Positions 1-8,180 of a DNA stretch of 64,000 nt are shown piece after piece. Each line of letters starts with the position of its first letter. Within the stretch, counting starts at the first letter, position 1. The notes beneath the pieces are model-generated. The model had not been told where the DNA came from. It was given only the letters and a program-made list of their open reading frames with translations, and did not search any database. The position numbers and the translations under genes are program-made. The stretch lies in contig JACKGH010000001.1 in NCBI GenBank assembly GCA_020632075.1, forward strand, positions 729,778 to 793,777, written 5' to 3'. The DNA comes from Candidatus Nomurabacteria bacterium (lineage in GTDB: Bacteria; Patescibacteriota; Minisyncoccia; Phycocordibacterales; UBA918).

Positions 1-189
1 TTTTGCCATATCGCCATCTGTGGCGAGCCAGAATGTGGGGTGGAATTCCACCTGACGGCCTTTGAAGAAAGATCTGGCAAACTCAGCATACATCTGCATG
101 GTGCCAGGTATCGACTCCAGCTGTTCGCTTCCGGCGATCTTCCGCCAATGGCCCGTCGACCGCACGATCGCAACTACTGTAATGTGCAT
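1..189 (-). CDS. hypothetical protein (N-terminal fragment; gene runs off left edge)
   Basis: ATG at 189..187 with AGGAG 5-8 nt upstream. Open frame to window edge (MHITVVAIVRSTGHWRK...). Not in ORF track because it has no stop in the window. Confidence 0.35.
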   Translation of the reverse strand, partial: MHITVVAIVRSTGHWRKIAGSEQLESIPGTMQMYAEFARSFFKGRQVEFHPTFWLATDGDMAK

Positions 190-340
190 ATCTATCTCCT
201 CAATGTACCTTTGTTCGCATTAGTTTATACACCATAAATATAGTTTTGTCAATAAACTAAGTGTCTCTACGCCCGACAAGAATAGTACCTTTCGTGTGCG
301 TCTTCCATTTCTGTTACATGAAACTGGTGTACTACGAAAA

Positions 341-368
341 TGAGCCCGTTTTACCGGGCTCGTTTTTT
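341..368. terminator. intrinsic terminator hairpin (gagcccg...cgggctc + T7)
   Basis: GC stem gagcccgttttaccgggctc followed by TTTTTTT on + and preceded by AAAAT. Lies just downstream of the minus gene 408..707. Confidence 0.5.
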
Positions 369-407
369 TGATACGTATGCAAAAGTGACAACTTTAGAAC
401 TGATTGA

Positions 408-707
408 CTACTCTTCTTCAATCACCTCGTAACAGCTTTGATCAAAGCGTAAGTACTGAGGAGGCCAAGGATTTCTCCAAAAACTCGCCGCCTCGAGCTT
501 GCCGGCTTCAAGCAGAGCTTGGCATGCGTCATGCCCAGTAACTAGATGGGCTCCGTTGTGGTCTTGCGAGGTCCACTCCTCATCATCCTGATGTGCTGTC
601 GCTTCTTCATCGCTGATCGTTGGAATTTCGATGCCAACCCACTGCTCCCGTATGGATTCAGGAGCAAAACCAGGTGGAACTTTGGTGATCCGTATTTTTC
701 TAGTCAT
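408..707 (-). CDS. hypothetical protein (100 aa)
   Basis: ORF 408..749. Start trimmed to ATG at 707, which has AAGGAG 8 nt upstream. No recognisable motif. Confidence 0.5.
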   Translation of the reverse strand: MTRKIRITKVPPGFAPESIREQWVGIEIPTISDEEATAHQDDEEWTSQDHNGAHLVTGHDACQALLEAGKLEAASFWRNPWPPQYLRFDQSCYEVIEEE

Positions 708-885
708 CAAAAGAACTCCTTCGGGAACAGTCGTGTTTACACCATACACTTGGAATTTACATTTGCAAATTCTTTGTGCAAAAACCCTTCTAACACACTC
801 CCCCCACCGTACGCCAGAAAAATCAGTAGACTACATTCAAACTTTGCAGTACTTTATCTGAAACTGTTCCTGGAGGTCTGTACCG

Positions 886-1170
886 ATGACACCTGAAAAA
901 ATATTCGCTGTCGTCTCACGCTACGAAACTGAACTCTCTCAGCTGGGAGTGGTCCCGACCAGAATTGACACTAGTCGCACGTTTGGAGACTGCACACACG
1001 TGGAACTGCTCGCACACGCCGCATACCTCTGCATCGGCGCGAAGGAGTTTGCATCTAGACCAGAGAAGTTCGGTAAGGCGAACCGCCACCTGACCGCCAT
1101 TCAGATGTGCCTTAGCTTTGTCGGCATGTATACACTGGACGATCTCATGTCACACAACCGCCCGACGTAG
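886..1170 (+). CDS. hypothetical protein (94 aa)
   Basis: GGAGG 9 nt upstream of ATG 886. Followed directly by a terminator hairpin. Confidence 0.5.
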   Translation: MTPEKIFAVVSRYETELSQLGVVPTRIDTSRTFGDCTHVELLAHAAYLCIGAKEFASRPEKFGKANRHLTAIQMCLSFVGMYTLDDLMSHNRPT

Positions 1171-1186
1171 TTCGGGCTTTTTCTTT
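1159..1186. terminator. bidirectional intrinsic terminator
   Basis: cgcccgacgtagttcgggc stem overlapping the stop of 886..1170, then TTTTTCTTT. Also sits 3' of nadR on minus. Confidence 0.5.
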
Positions 1187-1201
1187 GTGAAAACCTCGAT
1201 A

Positions 1202-2170
1202 TCACACCAAAAGCATATCGATCGCTTTGGTAGCTGTCTGCATTCTTTCATCGAGCGTGCCTTGCACCAGTAAGAACGGTCGCTTGGTCTCAGTGAGTTT
1301 TTCGATGAATCGTGTATGCATACCATGACGAATATGTTCTCCGTCGCGCGTACCATCTTGTTCAAACGGGATCTCGTCACCCGTCACAATGTACAAGTCA
1401 GGCTGCGAAGTGTTCGCGACCGCTTCTACCGCCGGTGCGCTGGTACCTAGGTATCGCTCGTGCCAAACGCTGGTTGCAAAGGCATCTGTGTCCGCGATCA
1501 GTACTTTATTCGCTGTCTCAGCGAGACTATTTTCGAACTGTTGTTGTGCTTTAGCGATCGATACAAATTCTTCTGTCCGCCAACGCAGCTTGTCACCAAG
1601 CGGCAGCTTCCCTTCCGAAAAGTACCGACCGTACTCAGGCACCCAAGCAGTTTGATAATGTTCAGCCAATGCCTTTGCGAGCGTGGTGGTGCCAGTGGAC
1701 TCTGCTCCGAGTACACACACTCGTTTCACGAAGTACGCTCGCACTACCGGCTCAAGAAAATCGAGATACGATTGCGCATTACTGCGCACAAGCGTACCGC
1801 TAACCGGCACAGTCGTACGCATCCTATCAACCAACACATGCACCGAACCCATAAAGGAAGCGTACGCGTCACCATAGTCTTCTGAGGTAAAGACCGCGTC
1901 TGGTGTGTAGCCAAGAATCTCCTTAGTGAAGGCCGCCCAGCCCTTTGAATCATCATCTGACAACTTATTGTCTTCAATGAGCATCACTCGTGCTTGCGGG
2001 TGGATCTGCTGTATCCATGCAGCTCGTAGATATCCAGGAATAGATTCCGTTTGCTTGTAACAAACGATCACCGTCACCTCTTCGGAGGCCGCCTGCGCAG
2101 TATCGATAAGATACTTATGCCCGCGGTGCGGCGGATAGAACTTACCGATCACTAATCCTTTCTTGAACAT
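1202..2170 (-). CDS. nadR: bifunctional NMN adenylyltransferase / ribosylnicotinamide kinase (NadR-like, no HTH domain)
   Basis: N-terminal GKFYPPHRGH (HxGH nucleotidyltransferase motif). C-terminal P-loop GAESTGTTTLAKALA typical of the RNK domain. Operon partner pnuC immediately upstream. Confidence 0.8.
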   Translation of the reverse strand: MFKKGLVIGKFYPPHRGHKYLIDTAQAASEEVTVIVCYKQTESIPGYLRAAWIQQIHPQARVMLIEDNKLSDDDSKGWAAFTKEILGYTPDAVFTSEDYGDAYASFMGSVHVLVDRMRTTVPVSGTLVRSNAQSYLDFLEPVVRAYFVKRVCVLGAESTGTTTLAKALAEHYQTAWVPEYGRYFSEGKLPLGDKLRWRTEEFVSIAKAQQQFENSLAETANKVLIADTDAFATSVWHERYLGTSAPAVEAVANTSQPDLYIVTGDEIPFEQDGTRDGEHIRHGMHTRFIEKLTETKRPFLLVQGTLDERMQTATKAIDMLLV

Positions 2171-2897
2171 ATGCAGGAATGATTATTGCTGATTCCCCCA
2201 CTTCACCATACCAACTACGAAGCGCAAAAACAGCATGAATAAAGAATGCGACATACAGTGCCATCACTACATACGCACCAGCCGTGTAGAACAGTATGAT
2301 CGAGATAAGGTTGACCGGACCAAGCCATAACCACCAACTCTCGATCTTCTTCCGACCGAGCAAGAACTGCGCGGTCACGCTTGCCACCACCACCAACGCA
2401 TCAAGTACCGGATAGAGCGAACCTGGTGCAAAGGTATCGATCACCTGATACACCAGATATGTACCGACCACAAGAACCGCTACTACCATCACCCAGCCCC
2501 GACGAGTCAACCTGGAGACCTTGAGTTCAGAGTGATCACGACCACCAAATACCCAGTATGGCCACGCCCAAACCTGAATCACTAGGAAGTACCCCCAGTT
2601 AAGCCACTGTTGGCCAGGTAAACCGATCTCAGCGAAAAGGAACCCAAACATCACCGAACTGAGTATGCCCCACGGCCAGCAGAGTACGTTTTGGGTACGA
2701 GTGAGCCATACGCAGACGAGGCCCGCCCACGTACCAATGAATTCATAGGTACTGAAGACGAAATCAGGAATTAATTTGGCAGCGATCAGTTCATACAAAA
2801 TCGTGACGAGCGCCATGGTAACCACGACATACAAATGTTCTTTGTGTGTAGTGCGGTTACCGAGCAACCGTGTGATCCAGGTGTTGTTTGTTTCCAT
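2142..2897 (-). CDS. pnuC: nicotinamide riboside transporter PnuC
   Basis: Trp-rich polytopic membrane protein (WPWG, WAWPYW). Classic pnuC-nadR arrangement. Start moved to ATG at 2897 (METNNTW...), which removes the overlap with the operator palindrome. Confidence 0.75.
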   Translation of the reverse strand: METNNTWITRLLGNRTTHKEHLYVVVTMALVTILYELIAAKLIPDFVFSTYEFIGTWAGLVCVWLTRTQNVLCWPWGILSSVMFGFLFAEIGLPGQQWLNWGYFLVIQVWAWPYWVFGGRDHSELKVSRLTRRGWVMVVAVLVVGTYLVYQVIDTFAPGSLYPVLDALVVVASVTAQFLLGRKKIESWWLWLGPVNLISIILFYTAGAYVVMALYVAFFIHAVFALRSWYGEVGESAIIIPAYVQERISDR

Positions 2898-2925
2898 ACA
2901 GAATATACTTACGTGATAATATAGA

Positions 2926-2955
2926 TAGTGTATATTATACACTATTAAATGTCAA
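2926..2955 (-). promoter_or_regulatory. pnuC promoter with 19-bp perfect palindrome operator (TAGTGTATA-T-TATACACTA)
   Basis: Perfect 9-1-9 palindrome at 2926..2944, 29 nt upstream of the pnuC ATG. Overlaps a -10-like TACACT/TATAAT, with a perfect TTGACA -35 (minus strand) at 2955..2950. Confidence 0.45.
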
Positions 2956-3034
2956 TCTTTTGTGCTGCTGCCTATTTGCCTTCAAAAGTGAACTGCGGCA
3001 TAGTACAGAGAGAAGCACTACCCTCGGAGGAGTT

Positions 3035-3856
3035 ATGTTCAATACCAGCAAACAGTACGAACTATCGTACCGACGAGCTAGGCGCAAACCAAAACATGGA
3101 CCAGCGATCGTTTTCACCGTAGATGATCGCCACTGGTCTGAACTGCTCGATCGCCTCTCCATGCTCAGGCAACGAGATGCAAACGAGATCGATGAGTACT
3201 GCTTAGGCGAGCAGTCCCTATTCGCCCTTCCCGAACCAGATCTGTTCAAAAGCACTACGTTTGGGTACGGTAACTGCGGCACCTTCTCTTCGGCAGGACT
3301 GTACATGCATCTACACATCTGGCTCGGCAGCGGCGTTCGTTTGCATCACTGCGCCGCAACCATTCATACCCTACTCGCTGCGCTCAACGTGCCGTTTACG
3401 ACCCAACACCCAAACCAAGGCAAGCAACAAGCTGAGCTGCGTACCCGGATCGCGCACGATGCATGCGGCTACGGCCATGCGGTCAGCGGCAGTGTGCACG
3501 AAAGTGTGATCGACTGGCTACGAGACTTCGCTGCACCAACGATTCGTGAAGACGGTAGAATTCCCTACCAAAACATGCATCCAACTGTAACCGCAGCAAT
3601 GCAAGAAGCGTGGTACTGGGTGTGCGAACCGAAGCGGCGACGCTGGGCCAGTGAAGTGTACGGCAGCATCAAGAAAAATGGGCACTTTTTGCTCAACTGC
3701 TCCGGTAACGCCTGCGACCTGAGTGTCTATCCAGACACAGAGCACGACGATACGACCAAGTCGGTCGATCTCGAGTGTCACAACCTTGATCAAGCAGAGC
3801 AACAGCTGACACTACTTGCAGGGTTTGCAATGATCTGCGAACTAGCGCGGCAGTAG
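3035..3856 (+). CDS. hypothetical Cys/His-rich protein (273 aa)
   Basis: ORF 2888..3856. Start set at ATG 3035, preceded by GGAGG (ccctcGGAGGagttATG). No known motif. Confidence 0.5.
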   Translation: MFNTSKQYELSYRRARRKPKHGPAIVFTVDDRHWSELLDRLSMLRQRDANEIDEYCLGEQSLFALPEPDLFKSTTFGYGNCGTFSSAGLYMHLHIWLGSGVRLHHCAATIHTLLAALNVPFTTQHPNQGKQQAELRTRIAHDACGYGHAVSGSVHESVIDWLRDFAAPTIREDGRIPYQNMHPTVTAAMQEAWYWVCEPKRRRWASEVYGSIKKNGHFLLNCSGNACDLSVYPDTEHDDTTKSVDLECHNLDQAEQQLTLLAGFAMICELARQ

Positions 3857-3866
3857 CCCAAGTAAA

Positions 3867-3895
3867 CGGCCTTCCCTTTGGGAAGGCCGTTTTTC
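3867..3895 (+). terminator. intrinsic terminator
   Basis: aaacggccttccctttgggaaggccgttttt directly after the stop of 3035..3856. Confidence 0.6.
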
Positions 3896-3976
3896 CAAAT
3901 CGGAAATTTCTGTTATTGTGTCTTCTGTGTAAAATACGCACTTGGTACAATACCTGTACCAAGCTTGTAACACACC

Positions 3977-4048
3977 GCCCCTGTAGTTTAATGGATAAAA
4001 CTGCGGACTTCTAAGCCGTTGATCGAGGTTCGATTCCTCGCGGGGGCA
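3977..4048 (+). tRNA. tRNA-Arg (anticodon TCT)
   Basis: Manual cloverleaf: acceptor gcccctg/cgggggc, D-arm gttt-aatggata-aaac, anticodon loop cTTCTaa, T-arm cgagg-ttcgatt-cctcg. One A-G mismatch at 31-39. No encoded CCA. Confidence 0.65.
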
Positions 4049-4092
4049 CCCAATAGTGAGACTGACTCCCCACTAATCTCGGTAAGTCTAGC

Positions 4093-4132
4093 AAAACAAT
4101 AAAACCACTCAGTTGAGTGGTTTTATTGTTTT
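4093..4132. terminator. 40-nt perfect palindrome, bidirectional terminator
   Basis: AAAACAATAAAACCACTCA-gt-TGAGTGGTTTTATTGTTTT. Separates tRNA-Arg from the AT-rich islet. Confidence 0.55.
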
Positions 4133-4142
4133 CATTCAACTC

Positions 4143-4529
4143 TTAGCGAGGAATTACCTTTATTGTAAGTTTAGAAAGTAAGATAATCACAGCTCCAAAC
4201 GATACTACTTCCAATGTTATTACCATCCATTCAACTAAACTTATACTAAGCAGTGAATATAGAAAATCTGCCAAGACATATACAATGACCGTTTTTAGAA
4301 TCTGTGAGCCAAAAAACACATACCACAACTCTCTTGTTGGAAATCCTAGAACAGGGTTCTTTAGTATTTGTTGATTGTTCCAAAAATATTTACCCACATA
4401 AATCACCAAAACAGCTGGAGCTAAATATACAGAAGCTGTCAGCAACCCAACTCCAGTAGTAAAACTCAATAGAAATGATCCTAAAATTAATGCCAGTATC
4501 AGTGCTATTGTTTCTCGATTTTTTCTCAT
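4143..4529 (-). CDS. small integral membrane protein (hypothetical)
   Basis: 3-4 predicted TM helices. Start chosen at ATG 4529 (MRKNRET...) so it does not overlap fic. Alternative starts at 4601 or 4610 (GTG). AT-rich. Confidence 0.45.
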   Translation of the reverse strand: MRKNRETIALILALILGSFLLSFTTGVGLLTASVYLAPAVLVIYVGKYFWNNQQILKNPVLGFPTRELWYVFFGSQILKTVIVYVLADFLYSLLSISLVEWMVITLEVVSFGAVIILLSKLTIKVIPR

Positions 4530-4545
4530 ATTAATTAGGTTTAGT

Positions 4546-5688
4546 TTACTGATGATTAGTAAATACCTCGAAGTACTTCCTGTATGAATAGGATTTTCCA
4601 TACTTTTCACTCTCGTCTCTCGGTTCCAAAATTTCCATTTCCACCAAGCGATCTATAACATTCTGAGCACCATTACGACTAAAGCTAGTCCAGTTCATAA
4701 TGGTTGTACTAGTTACGATTGGATGACCAAATAGTTTCAGCAGGACTTTCATACTACTTTCCGACTCACGCTTACCAAGTTGTTGAATCTTTTGTGTATC
4801 TCCTATATAGAGTTCATTGATGGAACGACAAGCCACAATAGCATCTTGAGCAGTCTTAATTACACCATCTATAAAGAACTCTAGCCATACTTCTGGGTCA
4901 CCATGATGATATTCATGCAAAGCTCGATAGTACTCTTTTTGGTTTTGCTTAAAGTAAGAAGACAGGAAAAGTACTGGTTTCTCGAGCAAACCAAATCGGT
5001 ACAGTTGTAGAGTTATAAGAAGACGACCCGTCCTTCCATTACCATCTAAAAATGGATGGATGGTTTCAAACTGTGAGTGCATGTAAGCAGTATGAATCAG
5101 AGGAAGCGTTATCGTTTCATTGTGTAGGTAGTTTTCAAAGTCATTAAGCGACCTCTCCATCTCTTCAACTGGCGGTGGAACATATAAAGCATTGCTTGGT
5201 GCAGTTCCTCCAATCCAATTTTGTGAACGTCGCCATTCCCCAGGATCTGCAAAATGAGTAGCACGGGCATTAGTCATTAGCTTTGAGTGCAGCTCTTTAA
5301 TGAAGCGCTTTGACATTGGTAAATCGCACAGTCTCTCAATACCAAAGTTTAGTGCTTCTATGTAATGAAGAATGTCATCAGCATCGGTATCTTCAACACT
5401 TACAAGGCCAGCTTCCATTTCAAGGGCATCAACCATAGTTGCCTTTGTTCCCTCAATCTGAGCTGAAGCTGTTGCATCTTTAAAAATGAACATCTTCAAA
5501 AAGAAGTCTACATCTGGAAGTTGGTGTGTGGTACCATCGAGTTTGCCGACGAGATGTCCAGCTTGTGCTATTTTTTGCAAAACATCTCCTGAAATATTCA
5601 TCAGTTCTGCAGGAGGAAAATCGTCAGGCACAAAAGCTTTGAATCCTTCTTTTTGATCTACATCTTCACCGATAATATTTGTTTCCAT
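4546..5688 (-). CDS. Fic family protein (AMPylator, class II with internal inhibitory helix)
   Basis: Fic active-site motif HPFLDGNGRTGRLL. Upstream inhibitory motif SAQIEG of the (S/T)xxxE(G/N) type. AT-rich relative to neighbours. Confidence 0.85.
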   Translation of the reverse strand: METNIIGEDVDQKEGFKAFVPDDFPPAELMNISGDVLQKIAQAGHLVGKLDGTTHQLPDVDFFLKMFIFKDATASAQIEGTKATMVDALEMEAGLVSVEDTDADDILHYIEALNFGIERLCDLPMSKRFIKELHSKLMTNARATHFADPGEWRRSQNWIGGTAPSNALYVPPPVEEMERSLNDFENYLHNETITLPLIHTAYMHSQFETIHPFLDGNGRTGRLLITLQLYRFGLLEKPVLFLSSYFKQNQKEYYRALHEYHHGDPEVWLEFFIDGVIKTAQDAIVACRSINELYIGDTQKIQQLGKRESESSMKVLLKLFGHPIVTSTTIMNWTSFSRNGAQNVIDRLVEMEILEPRDESEKYGKSYSYRKYFEVFTNHQ

Positions 5689-5720
5689 AGATAGTTCGCT
5701 TTTAATTTTGAATGTGCACT

Positions 5721-5749
5721 ATTATACACTTTAGTTCGCTTTTATGCAA
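5721..5749 (-). promoter_or_regulatory. sigma70-type promoter of fic (TTGCAT-N17-TATAAT)
   Basis: On the minus strand, -35 TTGCAT (5749..5744) and -10 TATAAT (5726..5721) with a 17-nt spacer. Shares the 11-mer TATTATACACT and ATAGATAGT with the pnuC promoter. Confidence 0.45.
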
Positions 5750-5793
5750 CCAAAGTGAACTATCTTTTTGGTGTCAGATTTGTAATATTCATG

Positions 5794-5826
5794 AAAAAGA
5801 CCCCTACCGAAAGGGGTCTATTTTAT
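5794..5826. terminator. bidirectional intrinsic terminator
   Basis: aaaaagacccct-accgaa-aggggtctatttt. Confidence 0.55.
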
Positions 5827-5955
5827 TGCTATATATTCTCTAAGAAACGCTTGTGGGGCTTGGAGGGTAATTTTCCGCAACGCCAAGGGCGTACTGAAAC
5901 AAAAAAACACCCCGTGCACAATGAGAGATATTCTCTCTACCGCGCGGTGGGGGTG

Positions 5956-6543
5956 TCACTTTTCCCATTCAGGCTTTTTAGTTGGGTCAAAGTTTTTAGA
6001 GATGATAGTGTCGTATTTTTCAACAACCGCCCTTACACCTTTGCCGCCGTAGTCAACCATTCTGATTTGATTGTCTCTGTAGCTAAAGTTAGCCGGATTA
6101 GAAAAATGATGTCCGTTCGACCAAGCTGCTTGCTCTGTATAATCGAGCATCTGCGACCAAAGCGCTACCGCAGACACATCGAGTTCTTTCCCATACTTCT
6201 GAATGTTACACACCCCAAGCAGCGAAAAGAAAGTTGGTTCCAAGAACACCGAACGGGTCTTTCGCCAGAGCATAAATTCTTGCCAATTCTGGTACAGACC
6301 GTTGAGTAATGTGTACCTAATGTTTCCAATAGTGTCATGTTCTTCATCGAGCCAAAACCGTGCTTTTAGAAAGCCGAATCCTCGCCCATGAATAATGCAC
6401 CAAACATCGCTTTTAAGAACCTTCACGAACCTCCAAGGATGGATAAGCGGTAATTTAATAACCAATCCCACAGCAGGAAGACAAAACACCAGCCGGGACG
6501 AACCACTTTTGATGTACATCGACACCCCCTCAGTTTGCTTCAA
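5956..6543 (-). CDS. hypothetical protein with protein-kinase-like motif order (possible atypical kinase or pseudokinase)
   Basis: GLVIKLP (beta3 Lys), HHFSNPANF (HxDxxxxN-like catalytic loop with Ser in the Asp position), VDYGGKG (DFG-like) in kinase-consistent spacing. AT-rich. Confidence 0.45.
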   Translation of the reverse strand: MKQTEGVSMYIKSGSSRLVFCLPAVGLVIKLPLIHPWRFVKVLKSDVWCIIHGRGFGFLKARFWLDEEHDTIGNIRYTLLNGLYQNWQEFMLWRKTRSVFLEPTFFSLLGVCNIQKYGKELDVSAVALWSQMLDYTEQAAWSNGHHFSNPANFSYRDNQIRMVDYGGKGVRAVVEKYDTIISKNFDPTKKPEWEK

Positions 6544-6618
6544 ACTAATAGGAACGATAACACAAAACGAATTCGTGTCTAGAATTTAGAAAAAGACTGC
6601 CGGGCTGTGAATCCTACT

Positions 6619-7104
6619 CTACTCGACAACAACCGTTTCTGGCAGATTTCCCGACCCAGCCGCTTCTGCTTCTGTATCGGTTGCTGGAACTACTTCCTCC
6701 TCGATAGATCCTGCACCCAGTTCGGTAGGTACTTCTACCTCAGTCGTTGAAGCTGTTTCAAGGATTGGTTCAGGTTCGGGCACAAGCACCTCCTGTGCCA
6801 TTTCTGCATATAATGTATTAAAGGCCTGTTCTCGTTCAGCGAAATACTCAAGCGCTGACTGCACCATTGCCTCTCGATACACCACCACCTCATCCGCTGG
6901 ATCAATAGAGACTTGGACCGTCTTGCTCTTATGTGCCAAATACATATGTGCGCTCCAAGCTGCGGCAAGACCAAATACCACTATGGCCACCAACAGACCA
7001 ACGATCCACTCTCGCTGCGGATGGATAAGTTGTGGACTGCGTAAACCAGTACGCTTACCAAGCAACCGTTTTGCGATCTCTGTAAATTCTCGCTTACTCT
7101 TCAT
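6619..7104 (-). CDS. membrane-anchored acidic protein at the PilP position of the pilMNO operon
   Basis: Single N-terminal TM helix and acidic C-terminus. Last gene of the pilM-pilN-pilO operon. Confidence 0.5.
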   Translation of the reverse strand: MKSKREFTEIAKRLLGKRTGLRSPQLIHPQREWIVGLLVAIVVFGLAAAWSAHMYLAHKSKTVQVSIDPADEVVVYREAMVQSALEYFAEREQAFNTLYAEMAQEVLVPEPEPILETASTTEVEVPTELGAGSIEEEVVPATDTEAEAAGSGNLPETVVVE

Positions 7105-7633
7105 ACGCCATTACTTTAACTTGCATAGTAACATTTGCATTCCATTGCTCACTAGAACGTATTTCGAGTGTTACATCAGTGACACGAGAAACGTATGGCA
7201 ACAACTCGAGCAGTCGGATAAATTGCTGCACCTGCATTCGAGTACCCGAAAGCGGGAATACGACCTGCACCCACTCCTCCGAAGCACCAGCTCGTGCCTT
7301 CAGCGTATCGATCTCAACTTTACCGATCACAACGCCAGCACCGGCTGCGATCTCATCTACATAGTTCAAAAAGTCGATACTATCACTTTGTAATTTATCT
7401 TGATCGAGAAAGAAAGACTGGAGTGCAGCACGGTCTTCTGTAGACGAATCAGCGATCTTCCGTAACCGCAAAAAGAGATCCTCTTGTGCCTGCTCTGCAG
7501 CAAGCACTTCGATCTGAGACTCAAGATGTTTTCCTTGCGCCATGGTCTGATATGACATCACCCCAAATCCACCGGCTGCAACGACCATAAGGATACTTGC
7601 TATGATGATGTTACGAATGGTTGACGGGCTCAT
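7094..7633 (-). CDS. pilO: type IV pilus assembly protein PilO-like
   Basis: N-terminal TM helix plus coiled coil. Position after pilN. Confidence 0.55.
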   Translation of the reverse strand: MSPSTIRNIIIASILMVVAAGGFGVMSYQTMAQGKHLESQIEVLAAEQAQEDLFLRLRKIADSSTEDRAALQSFFLDQDKLQSDSIDFLNYVDEIAAGAGVVIGKVEIDTLKARAGASEEWVQVVFPLSGTRMQVQQFIRLLELLPYVSRVTDVTLEIRSSEQWNANVTMQVKVMAYEE

Positions 7634-7635
7634 AC

Positions 7636-8178
7636 TTATACTTCTTTAAAGGTTACCGTGATCGTGAACCGAATATCTCTATCTTCCGCCAAATTGCTGA
7701 TCGGCAACTCCACATCGTCTACCTCTGGCACTGCCAACAGTCGATCGCGGAATGATGCGAGCGAGTGACGATCTGCTGCAATTCCGGTGAGTGTCACTGG
7801 CTCAAAGCCTTCTGCCGTTGCCGAACGCTCAAGAATAATGGTGGTGAGATTGATGTCGTTCCCCTGCATCTCTTCAAAGAGAGCCAGGAGATCAGACATT
7901 GGTTCGTACTTAGCTTCGTCTATGATCACACGCGCCTGCTGACTTGCCTGCACGAGTGCGACCGAGACAGACTCATAATTTTCTACCTTCCTTGATGCTT
8001 CAGCGGCCGACTCTTCATACACCGATACCTGAGAGCTAATGAGTACATATGCCGGCAACACGATCGCAGCTCCAAGCAAAAGAGTGAATGCCCAAGTGGT
8101 CATCCACACCGAAATCACTCGTACCCAGTACTCGACCAACAGTCCTTTCTTTGCACGTGGTGGAATGAGATTGATCAT
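7636..8178 (-). CDS. pilN: type IV pilus assembly protein PilN
   Basis: MINLIPP... N-terminus and single TM helix typical of PilN. Adjacent to pilM. Confidence 0.65.
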   Translation of the reverse strand: MINLIPPRAKKGLLVEYWVRVISVWMTTWAFTLLLGAAIVLPAYVLISSQVSVYEESAAEASRKVENYESVSVALVQASQQARVIIDEAKYEPMSDLLALFEEMQGNDINLTTIILERSATAEGFEPVTLTGIAADRHSLASFRDRLLAVPEVDDVELPISNLAEDRDIRFTITVTFKEV

Positions 8179-8180
8179 AA

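Noticed and set aside
2888-3034. N-terminal extensions of ORF-track frames: 2888..3034 (+), 12297..12383 (+), 37042..37239 (+), 26795..26860 (+), 42248 protein N-terminal 47 codons, 22926..22979 (-)
   Set aside because: These overlap upstream genes or promoters and lack RBS. Internal ATGs with Shine-Dalgarno-like sequences and signal or N-terminal motifs gave better starts.
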